From: an uncultured Syntrophorhabdaceae bacterium
GTDB lineage: Bacteria; Desulfobacterota; Syntrophorhabdia; Syntrophorhabdales; Syntrophorhabdaceae
Direction of reading: 5' to 3'
Assembly (NCBI GenBank): GCA_964429485.1
Contig: CAYSBW010000005.1
Span: 2,458-66,457, forward strand
DNA: 64,000 nucleotides
Both the position numbers and the translations under genes were made by a program. The notes below the pieces were generated by a model that had not been told where the DNA came from, searched no databases, and saw only the letters and a list, made by a program, of their open reading frames with translations. Of this stretch, positions 41,299 to 51,498 are shown piece by piece (positions within the stretch are counted from its first letter, which is position 1; each line of letters starts with the position of its first letter).

Positions 41299-42645
41299 AT
41301 GAATCGGGCTAACATATTAATTGTTGAAGACGAGGATATACAGAGGACACTCCTTGGTGGACTTTTAAAAAATGAAGGATATGAAGTAAAGGAAGCTGCT
41401 GATGGAAAAACAGCAGTTGGGAAATTCAAGGAAGAAGTCCTCGATATTGTTCTGCTTGATTATAAATTGCCTGACACTGACGGGCTTTCCCTTATTAAAG
41501 AGTTCAGGGAAATAAATCCTGAAGTTGAAATAATTATGATCACTGCTTTTGGAAGCATAGAAAATGCAGTTAGTGCACTAAAAGCAGGTGCTACGGAATA
41601 TTTAACAAAACCTGTAGATCTTGATGACCTGCTTTTCAAACTTAAGAAAATAGAGGATAAAAGATATCTGGTCCATGAGAACATGGTGCTGAAGGAAACC
41701 CTTAAAGACAGGCTTAAAGCTGAAGACTTTATATATTCCAGCGAAAAGATGCACAATGTTGTCAGTCTCATTGTAAGAATTGCAAAAACTGATTCAACAT
41801 GTCTCATACAGGGCGAGAGCGGTGCAGGTAAAGAGGTGATTGTTAACCTTATTCATGGTTTGAGCGACAGAATGGATTGTCCTCTTGTAAAAGTGAATTG
41901 TGCAGCAATACCTGAAACTCTGCTTGAAAGTGAGCTCTTTGGATATGAGAAAGGTGCCTTTACAGGAGCCTACCAGAGAAAGGCGGGAAAATTTGAACTT
42001 GCAAATAAAGGGACAATTTTTCTTGATGAGATAGGTGACATTCCTGTTATGCTCCAATCAAAGCTGCTAAGAGTAATTCAGGAAAGGGAAGTTGAAAGGC
42101 TTGGCGGGTTGCATCCGACCAGAATTGATGTGAGGATTATAACAGCAACTAATAGAAATCTCAGCGAAGAGGTAAAAAAGGGTGCTTTCAGGGAAGATCT
42201 TTTCTACAGACTTAATGTGGTTACTGTTGATATACCCCCCCTAAGAGAGAGAAAAGAGGATATCCCCCCGCTTTTTGATTTTTTTCTTAAAAAATATAAT
42301 AACAGACACAAGAAAAATATTAAGGGGTTTACAAAGGAAGCAAGAGATCTATTAATAAAATATGATTATCCCGGCAATATAAGGGAATTGGAAAACATAA
42401 TCGAAAGAGCTGTTGTTCTTACAAGAGGTGAATACATATCAAAGGAAGACCTGCCGCATTTGATTGAAGGTGAACAAGCTGTTACAGAGGGAACCATAAA
42501 GGAAGTTGTTGGTGCCACAGAAAAAAAGATAATAATGGAGGCCCTGATCAAAGCTGACTGGGTTCAAACGAAAGCTGCGGCAATCATAGGGATAAGCGAA
42601 CGCATGCTCCGCTATAAAATTAGGAAGTATAACATTGCAAAATGA
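41299..42645 (+). CDS. Sigma54-dependent response regulator (NtrC/ZraR family bEBP)
   Basis: REC domain (ILIVEDED...LLDYKLPDTDG), AAA+ domain with Walker A GESGAGKE and the GAFTGA loop (EKGAFTGA), and a C-terminal Fis-type HTH (AAAIIGISERMLRYKI). Confidence 0.92.
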   Translation: MNRANILIVEDEDIQRTLLGGLLKNEGYEVKEAADGKTAVGKFKEEVLDIVLLDYKLPDTDGLSLIKEFREINPEVEIIMITAFGSIENAVSALKAGATEYLTKPVDLDDLLFKLKKIEDKRYLVHENMVLKETLKDRLKAEDFIYSSEKMHNVVSLIVRIAKTDSTCLIQGESGAGKEVIVNLIHGLSDRMDCPLVKVNCAAIPETLLESELFGYEKGAFTGAYQRKAGKFELANKGTIFLDEIGDIPVMLQSKLLRVIQEREVERLGGLHPTRIDVRIITATNRNLSEEVKKGAFREDLFYRLNVVTVDIPPLRERKEDIPPLFDFFLKKYNNRHKKNIKGFTKEARDLLIKYDYPGNIRELENIIERAVVLTRGEYISKEDLPHLIEGEQAVTEGTIKEVVGATEKKIIMEALIKADWVQTKAAAIIGISERMLRYKIRKYNIAK

Positions 42646-42741
42646 ATATTGTATATCCTTTAGGCATGGATCACAGAGTTGAGGAACAAGTTTTAAAATA
42701 CCCTTCATTTAAAATACATCAGAAAAATTAAAGAAAAAACC

Positions 42742-42771
42742 TTGACTTTATTAAAGAATAGCAACTAATAT
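42742..42771 (+). promoter_or_regulatory. Candidate sigma70 promoter upstream of tssJ
   Basis: TTGACT, an 18-nt spacer and TAATAT, ~275 nt upstream of the tssJ ATG. Motif match only. Confidence 0.3.
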
Positions 42772-43044
42772 CTATTTATTTGGTAGGGAAATATACGGGT
42801 GGAAGCTTTGCAGAAAGACAATCACGTATATTTATTATAATTTGACATTTTACAGATTGAAGCATGTCCAGCTCTATAAGTACCAGTGGGGATAAGTTAA
42901 ACCGGATATTTCATCTCGGACGGCGATGTTGCTGCAAAGGCTGAACAGCAGCATTTTGAAAAATTATGCAAAAAAAAGTTCCAATAATAATTTGAATTTC
43001 TTTTTTTGAAATAAATAATAGTAGCTTTAATAAACATGTGAGGG

Positions 43045-43695
43045 ATGAAGTTAGCTGAATTATTAAATCATGACAGATTTTTTTTCTGTGTTTGCGTAAT
43101 GCTTTTCATTTTAGCGATATCCGGCGGATGTTCGTCAGGAAAGCAATCGCAGAAACAGGAAGCAAAACCTGCAGGATCCGGTGGACCCGTTGTTATGTCA
43201 AGCCAGGACAAGGATATTGCAAGCCTTGGATTAACCGTATCAAGAGATTATCAACCAAAAAGTATTTTAATCAGCTGCAAAGCTGACAGTATGTTAAATT
43301 TTTATGATGATGCATCTCATAGTCTTATGATTGCGGTGTATCAGCTTGATAACATCAATGCCTTCAACCAGTTGGCCAAAGATCAGGAGGGCATTAAGAA
43401 ACTTCTGAGTGTTGATAAATTTGATAAAAGTGTCCTTGGGTATGATCGTTATTTTGCAGAACCTGGTGAAACAAAGCAAATAGCAATCGACAGGCTTGAA
43501 GGAGCAAAGTGGATTGGAATAGTGGCAGGATATTATGACTTTATACCTGAACAGGCAATGCGGACTTATGAGATACCAATAATTATTGAAAAAAAGGGGA
43601 TGTACGGTTTCAGAAAAACAGAAGCAAATATTATGGAACTGATAGTTAATCTCTATCTGGGTTCAAATTCCATACAGGAGGTAAAAAATCCATGA
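43045..43695 (+). CDS. tssJ: T6SS outer-membrane lipoprotein TssJ
   Basis: Lipobox LAISGC, size, and the MIAVYQLDNINAFNQL motif typical of TssJ/VasD. 4-nt overlap with tssK. Confidence 0.75.
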   Translation: MKLAELLNHDRFFFCVCVMLFILAISGGCSSGKQSQKQEAKPAGSGGPVVMSSQDKDIASLGLTVSRDYQPKSILISCKADSMLNFYDDASHSLMIAVYQLDNINAFNQLAKDQEGIKKLLSVDKFDKSVLGYDRYFAEPGETKQIAIDRLEGAKWIGIVAGYYDFIPEQAMRTYEIPIIIEKKGMYGFRKTEANIMELIVNLYLGSNSIQEVKNP

Positions 43696-45086
43696 TAGAA
43701 CCAAAAGGTCCTGTTTTCTGGTATCAGGGTTTATTTTTGCAACCCCAGCATTTCCAGCAGGCAGACCTGCACACAGAGTCTCTTCTTGAGCCTTTTAGAA
43801 ATTACATTCTGCCCTATTTCTGGGGTGCTTGTGCTACGGATGCGGACGAAGGTTCATTAAAAGATATGGTTTTTGATCTGAAAAGCGGGGAATTCATTTT
43901 TCAGGACGGCACAAGGGTGGTTTTAAACAAGAATGGGAAGGTCCAGCCCCGTTCTTTCAGGGATTTGTGGGGACAGTCAAGGGATCCTTTCCTTGTTTAT
44001 CTTGCCCTCAGGCGGTGGAATTTGAATGGAGCCAATTTGCATGAACCTCAGGAGGGGGATGGTTCCTCCGCTGGTTTTGATAATAGATTTATTACAAAAG
44101 ACACTTCTTCTGAAACACTTGATCTTTATCGGGAAGGTCGAGGCGCCCATATAGCCACCCTGGATTATGCCTTGAAATTTATATGGGATTCTGAAATAGA
44201 ACATTACTCAGACCACTATCTTATACCTATCGCACGAATTGAATTTAATGGTCAGGATGCTTTTATTTCTCAGGATTTTGTTCCACCCGCTGTTACGCTT
44301 TCAAGCTCGCCTGTTCTTGTAAGATATTTTAAAAATATAAAGGAATTACTTTTTTCACGCTGTCTTATCCTTGGAGAGTATAAGAATCCCAGTGGTTTTC
44401 TTGCAAATGAGTTTCAGTCTTCCTATTTTAATTTTCTACTCGCATTAAGAACTATTAATCGTTATATACCTGTAATAAATCATCTATCAGGTGTTTCTCA
44501 TATTCATCCATGGAGTTTTTATGGAATCCTGACACAATTTATTGGAGAGATGAGCTCTTTTACGGACAGGATTGATGCTCTTGGTCATACAGAAACAGGA
44601 GAGAATTTGTTGCCTGTTTATGATCATACAAATCTCGCTCATTGTTTCAAACAGGCTTATCTTCTAATAGATGAAATACTTGACTCCCTGTTGAGAGGAA
44701 TGGAGAGTGTGATACATCTTATAAGGGCCGATGATTATTTCAGTGCCATGATGCCGGCTAATCTTCTTGCCAGTTCGAATACTTTCTATGTTGGTATTAA
44801 AACAGCTATGGATAAGGAAAAATTGCTCAATGCAGTCAGGCATATATTAAAAATGAGTTGCCAGGAAGATATGCCTGTGCTTGTCAAAAGATCCCTGCCC
44901 GGCCTTCCTCTGGAATATGTTCCCGAACCTCCACCCGGTCTTCCCAGACGGGCTGATGTGCTTTACTTCGGAATAGATAATTCAAATAAGTACTGGCAGC
45001 CCATACAGAATAACGCCAATCTCTGTGTTTTTTGGGGAAATGCTCCTGCAGATGCTGGAATTGATTTAATAATATTAAAACAATAA
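43692..45086 (+). CDS. tssK: T6SS baseplate protein TssK
   Basis: N-terminal VFWYQGLFLQPQHFQQ signature of ImpJ/VasE. Confidence 0.88.
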   Translation: MIEPKGPVFWYQGLFLQPQHFQQADLHTESLLEPFRNYILPYFWGACATDADEGSLKDMVFDLKSGEFIFQDGTRVVLNKNGKVQPRSFRDLWGQSRDPFLVYLALRRWNLNGANLHEPQEGDGSSAGFDNRFITKDTSSETLDLYREGRGAHIATLDYALKFIWDSEIEHYSDHYLIPIARIEFNGQDAFISQDFVPPAVTLSSSPVLVRYFKNIKELLFSRCLILGEYKNPSGFLANEFQSSYFNFLLALRTINRYIPVINHLSGVSHIHPWSFYGILTQFIGEMSSFTDRIDALGHTETGENLLPVYDHTNLAHCFKQAYLLIDEILDSLLRGMESVIHLIRADDYFSAMMPANLLASSNTFYVGIKTAMDKEKLLNAVRHILKMSCQEDMPVLVKRSLPGLPLEYVPEPPPGLPRRADVLYFGIDNSNKYWQPIQNNANLCVFWGNAPADAGIDLIILKQ

Positions 45087-45097
45087 GGTTTGCCCCT

Positions 45098-45778
45098 ATG
45101 AGAATGATAGATCATTTTATTGAACTAATGGCATATACAGCTCTTTTTATAAAAGAAAACAGGACTTTTCAATCTTCCTGCGAAGACGTTGTTATGAAAT
45201 ATTCAGAAATGATTGAAAAATCGAAAGATTCGGCAAAAAATGCGGGTTTTCCTGCTGAATCCTGGGAAAAAGCTTTTTTTGCTATTTGTGCATGGATAGA
45301 TGAGGCAATACTATGCTCGGAATGGTTGGAAAAGGAAAAATGGCAACATTCACAACTCCAGAAAACATACTTCAACACAACAAGGGCTGGTGAAGAATTT
45401 TTTTCATTCCTTGCAGAACTTAATATCGAAGAGGATGATAACGCCATAAGGGAGGTTTATCTCTATTGCTTGTTAATGGGTTTCAAGGGTATGTATTTTA
45501 TGCCGGGTGATAGAGATATTTTATCTGAAATAAAAAAACAACAAAAAGAAAATTTAAAAGGCAACAGCTTGAAAAACGCAGATATGCTGCCTGATGAGCT
45601 TGTCCTTTTTCCTCATGGCTATGAAGGAAGTCAAAAGAAAAAGCGTAAAAAATGGTATAGGATAAATGTGGGCACCTTTATTGCCTCTGCTGCAATCCTG
45701 TCAGCAGCAGCTTTTATCTTGTTGATATTTTTTTATAAGGCAATGCTGAATAATCTTGTTGCGGGATACATTAAATGA
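45098..45778 (+). CDS. tssL: T6SS membrane complex protein TssL (DotU family), no peptidoglycan-binding extension
   Basis: DotU-like cytoplasmic domain (AICAWIDEAIL, YLYCLLMGFKGMY) and a single C-terminal TM segment. 4-nt overlap with tssM. Confidence 0.8.
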   Translation: MRMIDHFIELMAYTALFIKENRTFQSSCEDVVMKYSEMIEKSKDSAKNAGFPAESWEKAFFAICAWIDEAILCSEWLEKEKWQHSQLQKTYFNTTRAGEEFFSFLAELNIEEDDNAIREVYLYCLLMGFKGMYFMPGDRDILSEIKKQQKENLKGNSLKNADMLPDELVLFPHGYEGSQKKKRKKWYRINVGTFIASAAILSAAAFILLIFFYKAMLNNLVAGYIK

Positions 45779-48700
45779 AAAAAATCCTTAAGATCCTTTT
45801 GGTAATTATTATCCTAGCCGTATTTGCCGGTTTAGATATATGGTTAATCATAAAAACAGGTTGGCATTGGTGGATAGGTATAGCCATCTATGCCGGTGTT
45901 ATTGCTGTATGGATAAGCATACTGTTCCTGAAAAAATATTTAACAAGGAGAAAGGAGAAACAATTTGTCCACAGGGTTGTAGAACTTGATGAGGCTGCTA
46001 TAAAACGTTCTGCTGTTCACCAACGGCAGGAACTCAAGGATCTCCAGGCAAGATGGAAAGAATCTGTTGAACTTTTGCGTTCCTCAAATATAAAAAGAGG
46101 AATAAGAGACCCCATTTATGCAATGCCCTGGTATATTATAATAGGTGAATCAGGAGCAGGAAAGACCACAGCGATCAAGAATGCCAAACTGAATTCTCCC
46201 GTATCTGACATTACCCGTACATCGGGACTTGCTGCAACTAAAAACTGTGACTGGTGGTTTCTCGAGAATGCCATTATCCTTGATACTGCAGGTCGTTACA
46301 CTATACCTGTTGATGAAACATCTGACAGGGAAGAATGGGAAGAGTTTCTTGTGCTTCTGGCCAAATACAGGCGCCGCGAACCTGTAAACGGTCTAATTAT
46401 TACCCTGTCTGCTGAAAAACTTTTATCTGCCGATTCTATGACCTTAAGAACTGACGGGCAGAGCATAAGGAAAAGAATCGATCAGCTCATGCGTGTGTCA
46501 GGAGCCAAATTTCCTGTCTACATACTTGTTACAAAGATGGATATGGTCTATGGGTTTAACAGTATGTTTCTTGGATTACCTGAAGAGGATTCAAACCAGA
46601 CAGCAGGATATCTGAATGATGATGAGAAAGCAGGCTGGGAAAGAATTGTGGAACATTCTTTCAAATTTACAGAAGAACGATTACATTGCATCCGTACAAA
46701 TAGTATTGAAAAAAACAATGATATACCTGATCCTGGAACTATAATATTTCCCTTGGAGTTTTTGTCTCTGAAAACAGCAATGAAAGATTTTGCAAAATCA
46801 GTTTTTGAACACAATCCTTATCAGGAAACTCCTGTTTTAAGGGGTATATATTTTTCAAGTGCCCGTCAAGCCAGTGAATCTTCTTCAAGATTTCTTGAAA
46901 TGAATGGCGAGCCTGCCCAGGGCCAGCCAGAAAAGGCTTTAAGTCGAGGTCTATTCCTCAAAGATTTTTTTACCCAGGTTTTACCTCGGGATCGTTACTT
47001 CATGCGCCCTGTCTATGAATATATAAAATGGCGAAGATTAACAGGTAGTCTCGGGTTTTTATCTGTAATGTTTATCTTAATTACTCTTACAGGACTTCTT
47101 ACTGCTTCTTTTTTTCATAACATTAACGCTCTTGATAAATTTTTTGCTGTATTCAAGACATCTCCCAAACTTGAATCTAATATGGTTGCCAATATCCTTA
47201 TGCTTGAAAAATTCAGAATTCAGATATCAGAGGTGGAGGAGACCAATAAAAGGTGGTTTCTTCCCCATTTTGGACTTACAACAGCACGGGACTTTGAAAA
47301 AAAGGCAAAAGAACAGTACAAAAAACTCTACAGAGAAGGTTTTTTGCTTAATTTTGACGGTGAATTGTACAGAAATATAAGTAAGATAGGAGATTCAACA
47401 GACAGTGATACCATAGCAGTTTATGTAGAATTTCTTGTTGCCCGTATATTTACAATAAAATCTTATCTTGAAAGAGATATATTTTTCAAGAAGGCAAAGG
47501 AGACTGAGGAATCAAATGATTTACAAAGGACCTTTACAAATCTTATGGCATTCGTGTATCCCCAGGTGCCTTCTCCTGTTGCTGCAATAGTTGATGATAC
47601 TTATGTTGCATATCTGGACTGGCATTACAACAAGGCAGAGCTAACAAAGACGTTGGAGCTTTTACAGTCATCCCTTAATGATATTCTGAGAAAACACAAA
47701 GATTTGAAATGGCTTGTAAAACAATCCATGCTTGATGTTTATGACATAAATCTCGATGATTTCTGGACCAAATCAGGGTTGAGAAACAATGAAGATCCTA
47801 TTGTTATTGATGGTGAATATACAAAAGAAGGCCATAAAAAAATAAAAGAATTTATGGAATCAATGATTAAAGCAGGGGTAGAGGAAAAACTTGAAGGTTC
47901 CAATTTGGCAAATTTCTGGGAGTGGTACCGCGTGCAGTATTTTAATTCATGGCAGCATTTTGCTGTAAATCTGCAAACCGGGGATTATTTCATTAAATCT
48001 GATTCTGATAAAAACAACATGGTCATGGCTATGACAACGGATAATAATCCTTTTTGGAATTTTTTACAAAGAGCAGCAATGGAGCTTTCAGCAGATGACT
48101 ATCTTGCGCCCTACCCTAAATGGGCCCAGCTCATAATAGAACTTGATAAGGCACGCAAAGTGTCGGAACAGGATGACAAAGAAGGAAAGAAGAGCTTAAA
48201 GATGAGGTTGCTGGAAGAAGAGAAAAAAATATATGAAGATCTTGAAAAGTTTAAGCCCAAGGGCGGTGCTGATATTGATAGGAGAATCGAGGCCGGTAAT
48301 ATCTATGCTGAATTTACCAAAACCATGAGTCAGTTAGCTCCTGTTGCCACATCAAAAGAAAACTGTTTTCGCTTTCTGGCAGATCTTTTTTCCGAGCTGT
48401 CTACTGGAGCTGAAAATAAATCACCTTTTAATATTGCATATGTGCAGTATTTAAATCTGAAAAATACTTTGAAAGATTTTAAGGAAAATACTGAATTTGT
48501 ATGGGATATTGTGGCAGGCCCTCTTAATTACCTTCTTTCATACAGTACAGGTAAGACTTCCTGTGTTCTTCAGGATCAATGGGAAAAAGATGTTGTTAAT
48601 AAGACCGAAGGAGTTACGGTGGATAAACTTCCAAAAATACTATTTAACAAAAAAGACGGTGTTGTCTGGACATTCAGGGATGGATCTGCCAAACCTTTTC

Positions 48701-49299
48701 TTGTAATGGGTAAATGGGGTTATACGTCAAGAAAAATATATGATAACACTTTTCTTGAACATGCAATACGATTCGAGCCAGAATTTCTTAGCTTTATCAA
48801 TAAAGGGCAAAGCGTTATCGTAGATTACCAGCCTGAATATGCTGTAAATATTGGAACTGTTCCTGTGTCTGTAAATAAGGAGGCAACCATAAAACCTATC
48901 GGTGTTATACTCACAGTTCAGTGTGCGGACAAGGAAGGTACGGTAAGGAATTATAACTATAGGGAAAAGGAAACATTGCAATGGTCACCGGAAAAATGTG
49001 GTGATACTACATTGAAGATACAATTCCCTGATTTAACATTGACCAGATTGTATAAAGGACAAATGGGATTTCCCAAATTCCTGTCTGATTTCAGAACCGG
49101 CGCCAGGACATTCACTGCCGAAGATTTTCCTGATTCCAGGAATGTCCTGGCATCAATAGGGGTGAAGTGGATAAAAATACAGTACATGATAGAACACGGA
49201 ATTCCTGTCATAAATCTTCTTAAAGGACTGTCTGTTAAAATTCCTTCTGTTATCACAAATTGTTATACAGAAGATAATAAAGTAAAAACAAACAGATAG
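45775..49299 (+). CDS. tssM: T6SS membrane complex protein TssM (IcmF family)
   Basis: 1174 aa, N-terminal TM hairpin, Walker A IIGESGAGKTT, a third TM segment and a large periplasmic C-terminal region. Confidence 0.9.
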   Translation: MKKILKILLVIIILAVFAGLDIWLIIKTGWHWWIGIAIYAGVIAVWISILFLKKYLTRRKEKQFVHRVVELDEAAIKRSAVHQRQELKDLQARWKESVELLRSSNIKRGIRDPIYAMPWYIIIGESGAGKTTAIKNAKLNSPVSDITRTSGLAATKNCDWWFLENAIILDTAGRYTIPVDETSDREEWEEFLVLLAKYRRREPVNGLIITLSAEKLLSADSMTLRTDGQSIRKRIDQLMRVSGAKFPVYILVTKMDMVYGFNSMFLGLPEEDSNQTAGYLNDDEKAGWERIVEHSFKFTEERLHCIRTNSIEKNNDIPDPGTIIFPLEFLSLKTAMKDFAKSVFEHNPYQETPVLRGIYFSSARQASESSSRFLEMNGEPAQGQPEKALSRGLFLKDFFTQVLPRDRYFMRPVYEYIKWRRLTGSLGFLSVMFILITLTGLLTASFFHNINALDKFFAVFKTSPKLESNMVANILMLEKFRIQISEVEETNKRWFLPHFGLTTARDFEKKAKEQYKKLYREGFLLNFDGELYRNISKIGDSTDSDTIAVYVEFLVARIFTIKSYLERDIFFKKAKETEESNDLQRTFTNLMAFVYPQVPSPVAAIVDDTYVAYLDWHYNKAELTKTLELLQSSLNDILRKHKDLKWLVKQSMLDVYDINLDDFWTKSGLRNNEDPIVIDGEYTKEGHKKIKEFMESMIKAGVEEKLEGSNLANFWEWYRVQYFNSWQHFAVNLQTGDYFIKSDSDKNNMVMAMTTDNNPFWNFLQRAAMELSADDYLAPYPKWAQLIIELDKARKVSEQDDKEGKKSLKMRLLEEEKKIYEDLEKFKPKGGADIDRRIEAGNIYAEFTKTMSQLAPVATSKENCFRFLADLFSELSTGAENKSPFNIAYVQYLNLKNTLKDFKENTEFVWDIVAGPLNYLLSYSTGKTSCVLQDQWEKDVVNKTEGVTVDKLPKILFNKKDGVVWTFRDGSAKPFLVMGKWGYTSRKIYDNTFLEHAIRFEPEFLSFINKGQSVIVDYQPEYAVNIGTVPVSVNKEATIKPIGVILTVQCADKEGTVRNYNYREKETLQWSPEKCGDTTLKIQFPDLTLTRLYKGQMGFPKFLSDFRTGARTFTAEDFPDSRNVLASIGVKWIKIQYMIEHGIPVINLLKGLSVKIPSVITNCYTEDNKVKTNR

Positions 49300-49307
49300 G
49301 GGAATGT

Positions 49308-50885
49308 ATGGATCCATCTGATACAGGTAAAAAACCGGTGCCGGGTCCAAATCCGGCAGGAAGGGATATAAGAACAGACCCCCTTTACGATGATCTATCG
49401 TCAGAAATAAATAAAAGTTCATCCATATCAGCTTCAAGCCCTCTGGACTGGCAAAAGGTTGTCAACCTTTCAAAAAAGATTCTTGAAGAACAATCAAAGG
49501 ATTTACTTGTTTGCAGTTATCTCTGTGTCGGGCTCTTGAAGACTGAAGGACTGAAAGGTCTTGCCGGTGGTTTTCATATATACAGGGATTTATTGGAGAT
49601 CTATTGGGATACAATGTTTCCGTTGAAAACAAGGATAAGGGGTAGACTGAATGCTCTTTCATGGTGGGTCGATACACTGGAAGACAGTTTGCGGGGAATG
49701 GAAGGGGAGGTCTGGAGCCAGAGGGACATCAATCATATTTCCGAAGACCTCGATGCAATAGATATATTCCTTGCTAATAATCTTGATGAACCTCCTGAAT
49801 TAAGATCTATTATTTCAATGGTTTCATCACTTTTGTTTGTAGAAGATAAAAAAAATGAAGAAAGAGCAAATTATTCTGATAGGGAAGCACCTGTTGATAT
49901 AAAAAAACAGGAATCAAATACTGTACAGACAAACATGCCTCAACAGCAATCTTTTATATCCGTACCCGATGTTGTAACAGATGAAGATACTGACAGGGCA
50001 ATGCGTGTGGTTTTTGATGCAATGAAAAAGATTTTGAACAGTATGATACAACAAAAACCTCTACCTGTACTTTATTTCCGCTTAAACCGCTTCGTAGCAT
50101 GGTCCACTGTGTATAGTGTGCCTCCAAGCGATGACGATGGCAAGACCATGCTTCCGGCTCCCGACGGACAGTTACAGAATAACCTGAAAAATTTTTACAA
50201 TGCCGGAAAATGGCAGGATCTTCTTGATGCAGCAGAAACACGCGTTTCCGAATTTCTTTTCTGGTTGGATTTGAGCAGATATGTGAGCGAATCTCTCGAT
50301 CATTTAAATCAGAAAGATCTTTCAGAGGAAATTGCATTTGCAACAGCACTTTATGCAGGACGATTGAAGGGAATTGAGAAGCTTTCTTTTTCAGATGGAA
50401 CACCCTTTGCCGATGACATTACCTGTGATTGGCTTAATAATTTTGAGCTCAAAGAGAACAGAAAGCAGGGTGTAACAGATATTGTAATGCCCGGTGCTTT
50501 TGATGAACAGGTAAAGGAAGAAATGGAAGATGCCGAGCAAATTGCTGCTACCGGAGACATAGCAGGTGCTCTGAGAGGATTGCGTGAAAAAATAGGAAGC
50601 GCTTCATCAGGGCATGAACGTTTTATAAGAGTTCTATATTTTTGTCGTTTTCTTTTCAGAGTTAATCAGATTAAGTTGACAGTTCCTTACCTCCAGGAGT
50701 TAATTGTATGTATTGATAGCTACAAAATTGAATTGTGGGATCCCAAACTTGCAATTAATGCATACAAAACCATACTTTATGGTATGAAACGGCAGAAATC
50801 AGGAAATGTTGAAGATTTAGTTGATGAGGTCACAAAAAGACTGGCCCTGATAGACCCTGCAGGGGCGATAAAATTTCTTGGCTGA
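49308..50885 (+). CDS. tssA: T6SS protein TssA (ImpA N-terminal domain)
   Basis: ImpA_N-like start (PAGRDIRTDPLYDDLSSEI...DWQKV...L..QSKDLLV). Long-form TssA. Confidence 0.8.
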   Translation: MDPSDTGKKPVPGPNPAGRDIRTDPLYDDLSSEINKSSSISASSPLDWQKVVNLSKKILEEQSKDLLVCSYLCVGLLKTEGLKGLAGGFHIYRDLLEIYWDTMFPLKTRIRGRLNALSWWVDTLEDSLRGMEGEVWSQRDINHISEDLDAIDIFLANNLDEPPELRSIISMVSSLLFVEDKKNEERANYSDREAPVDIKKQESNTVQTNMPQQQSFISVPDVVTDEDTDRAMRVVFDAMKKILNSMIQQKPLPVLYFRLNRFVAWSTVYSVPPSDDDGKTMLPAPDGQLQNNLKNFYNAGKWQDLLDAAETRVSEFLFWLDLSRYVSESLDHLNQKDLSEEIAFATALYAGRLKGIEKLSFSDGTPFADDITCDWLNNFELKENRKQGVTDIVMPGAFDEQVKEEMEDAEQIAATGDIAGALRGLREKIGSASSGHERFIRVLYFCRFLFRVNQIKLTVPYLQELIVCIDSYKIELWDPKLAINAYKTILYGMKRQKSGNVEDLVDEVTKRLALIDPAGAIKFLG

Positions 50886-50999
50886 TGATAAATAATTTAT
50901 TACTAAATGCTTGATTTACCTATAGTGCTGTGTTAAATGTAAAATCATTTTTGTATATTGTAAATGCTTAATAAATAAGAGTAAATATGGAGGTGTAGA

Positions 51000-51485
51000 A
51001 TGGCAAAAGAAGCTTCGGTTGCACCAAAGGAACGTGTGAATATCGTATACCGACCAGCCACAGGTGATGCAAAAGAGGAAGTGGAGCTGCCTCTTAAAAT
51101 ACTTGTGACCGGAGATTTCACAGGCAGCCAGGATAGCCGCACATTAGAAGACAGAAAACCTGTTAATATAGATAAGGATAATTTCGACGAAGTTCTTGCG
51201 GCTTCGAAAGTAAAGCTTGATGTGTCGGTGCCTGACAGGCTTTCTTCAGAATCGGGCGCTCAGATGAATGTAGGTCTTGATTTTAATAAAATAAAGGATT
51301 TTGATCCGGATTCGATTATTCAGAAAGTGCCGGAGCTGAAGCAACTTATGGAGCTGCGAGATGCACTCAAAGCACTTAAAGGGCCGCTGGGAAATGTTCC
51401 TGAATTCCGCAAAAAAATTCAGGATCTTATTAAGGATGAGGGTGCTCGTGCAAGACTTTTGAAGGAATTGAACATCGAATCTTAA
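51000..51485 (+). CDS. tssB: T6SS contractile sheath small subunit TssB (VipA)
   Basis: ERVNIVYRP...EEVELPLKILVTGDFTG matches the VipA/ImpB signature. SD GGAGG. Confidence 0.9.
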   Translation: MAKEASVAPKERVNIVYRPATGDAKEEVELPLKILVTGDFTGSQDSRTLEDRKPVNIDKDNFDEVLAASKVKLDVSVPDRLSSESGAQMNVGLDFNKIKDFDPDSIIQKVPELKQLMELRDALKALKGPLGNVPEFRKKIQDLIKDEGARARLLKELNIES

Positions 51486-51498
51486 AAAGGGAGGTTAT

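Noticed and set aside
42926-42958. UGCAAAGGC in the tssJ leader hairpin loosely resembles the CGCAAAGC core of c-di-GMP-I (GEMM-I) riboswitches.
   Set aside because: I could not find the second conserved element (GGCAAACC-type) or the two-hairpin architecture. The hairpin is kept only as an unclassified structure in the findings.
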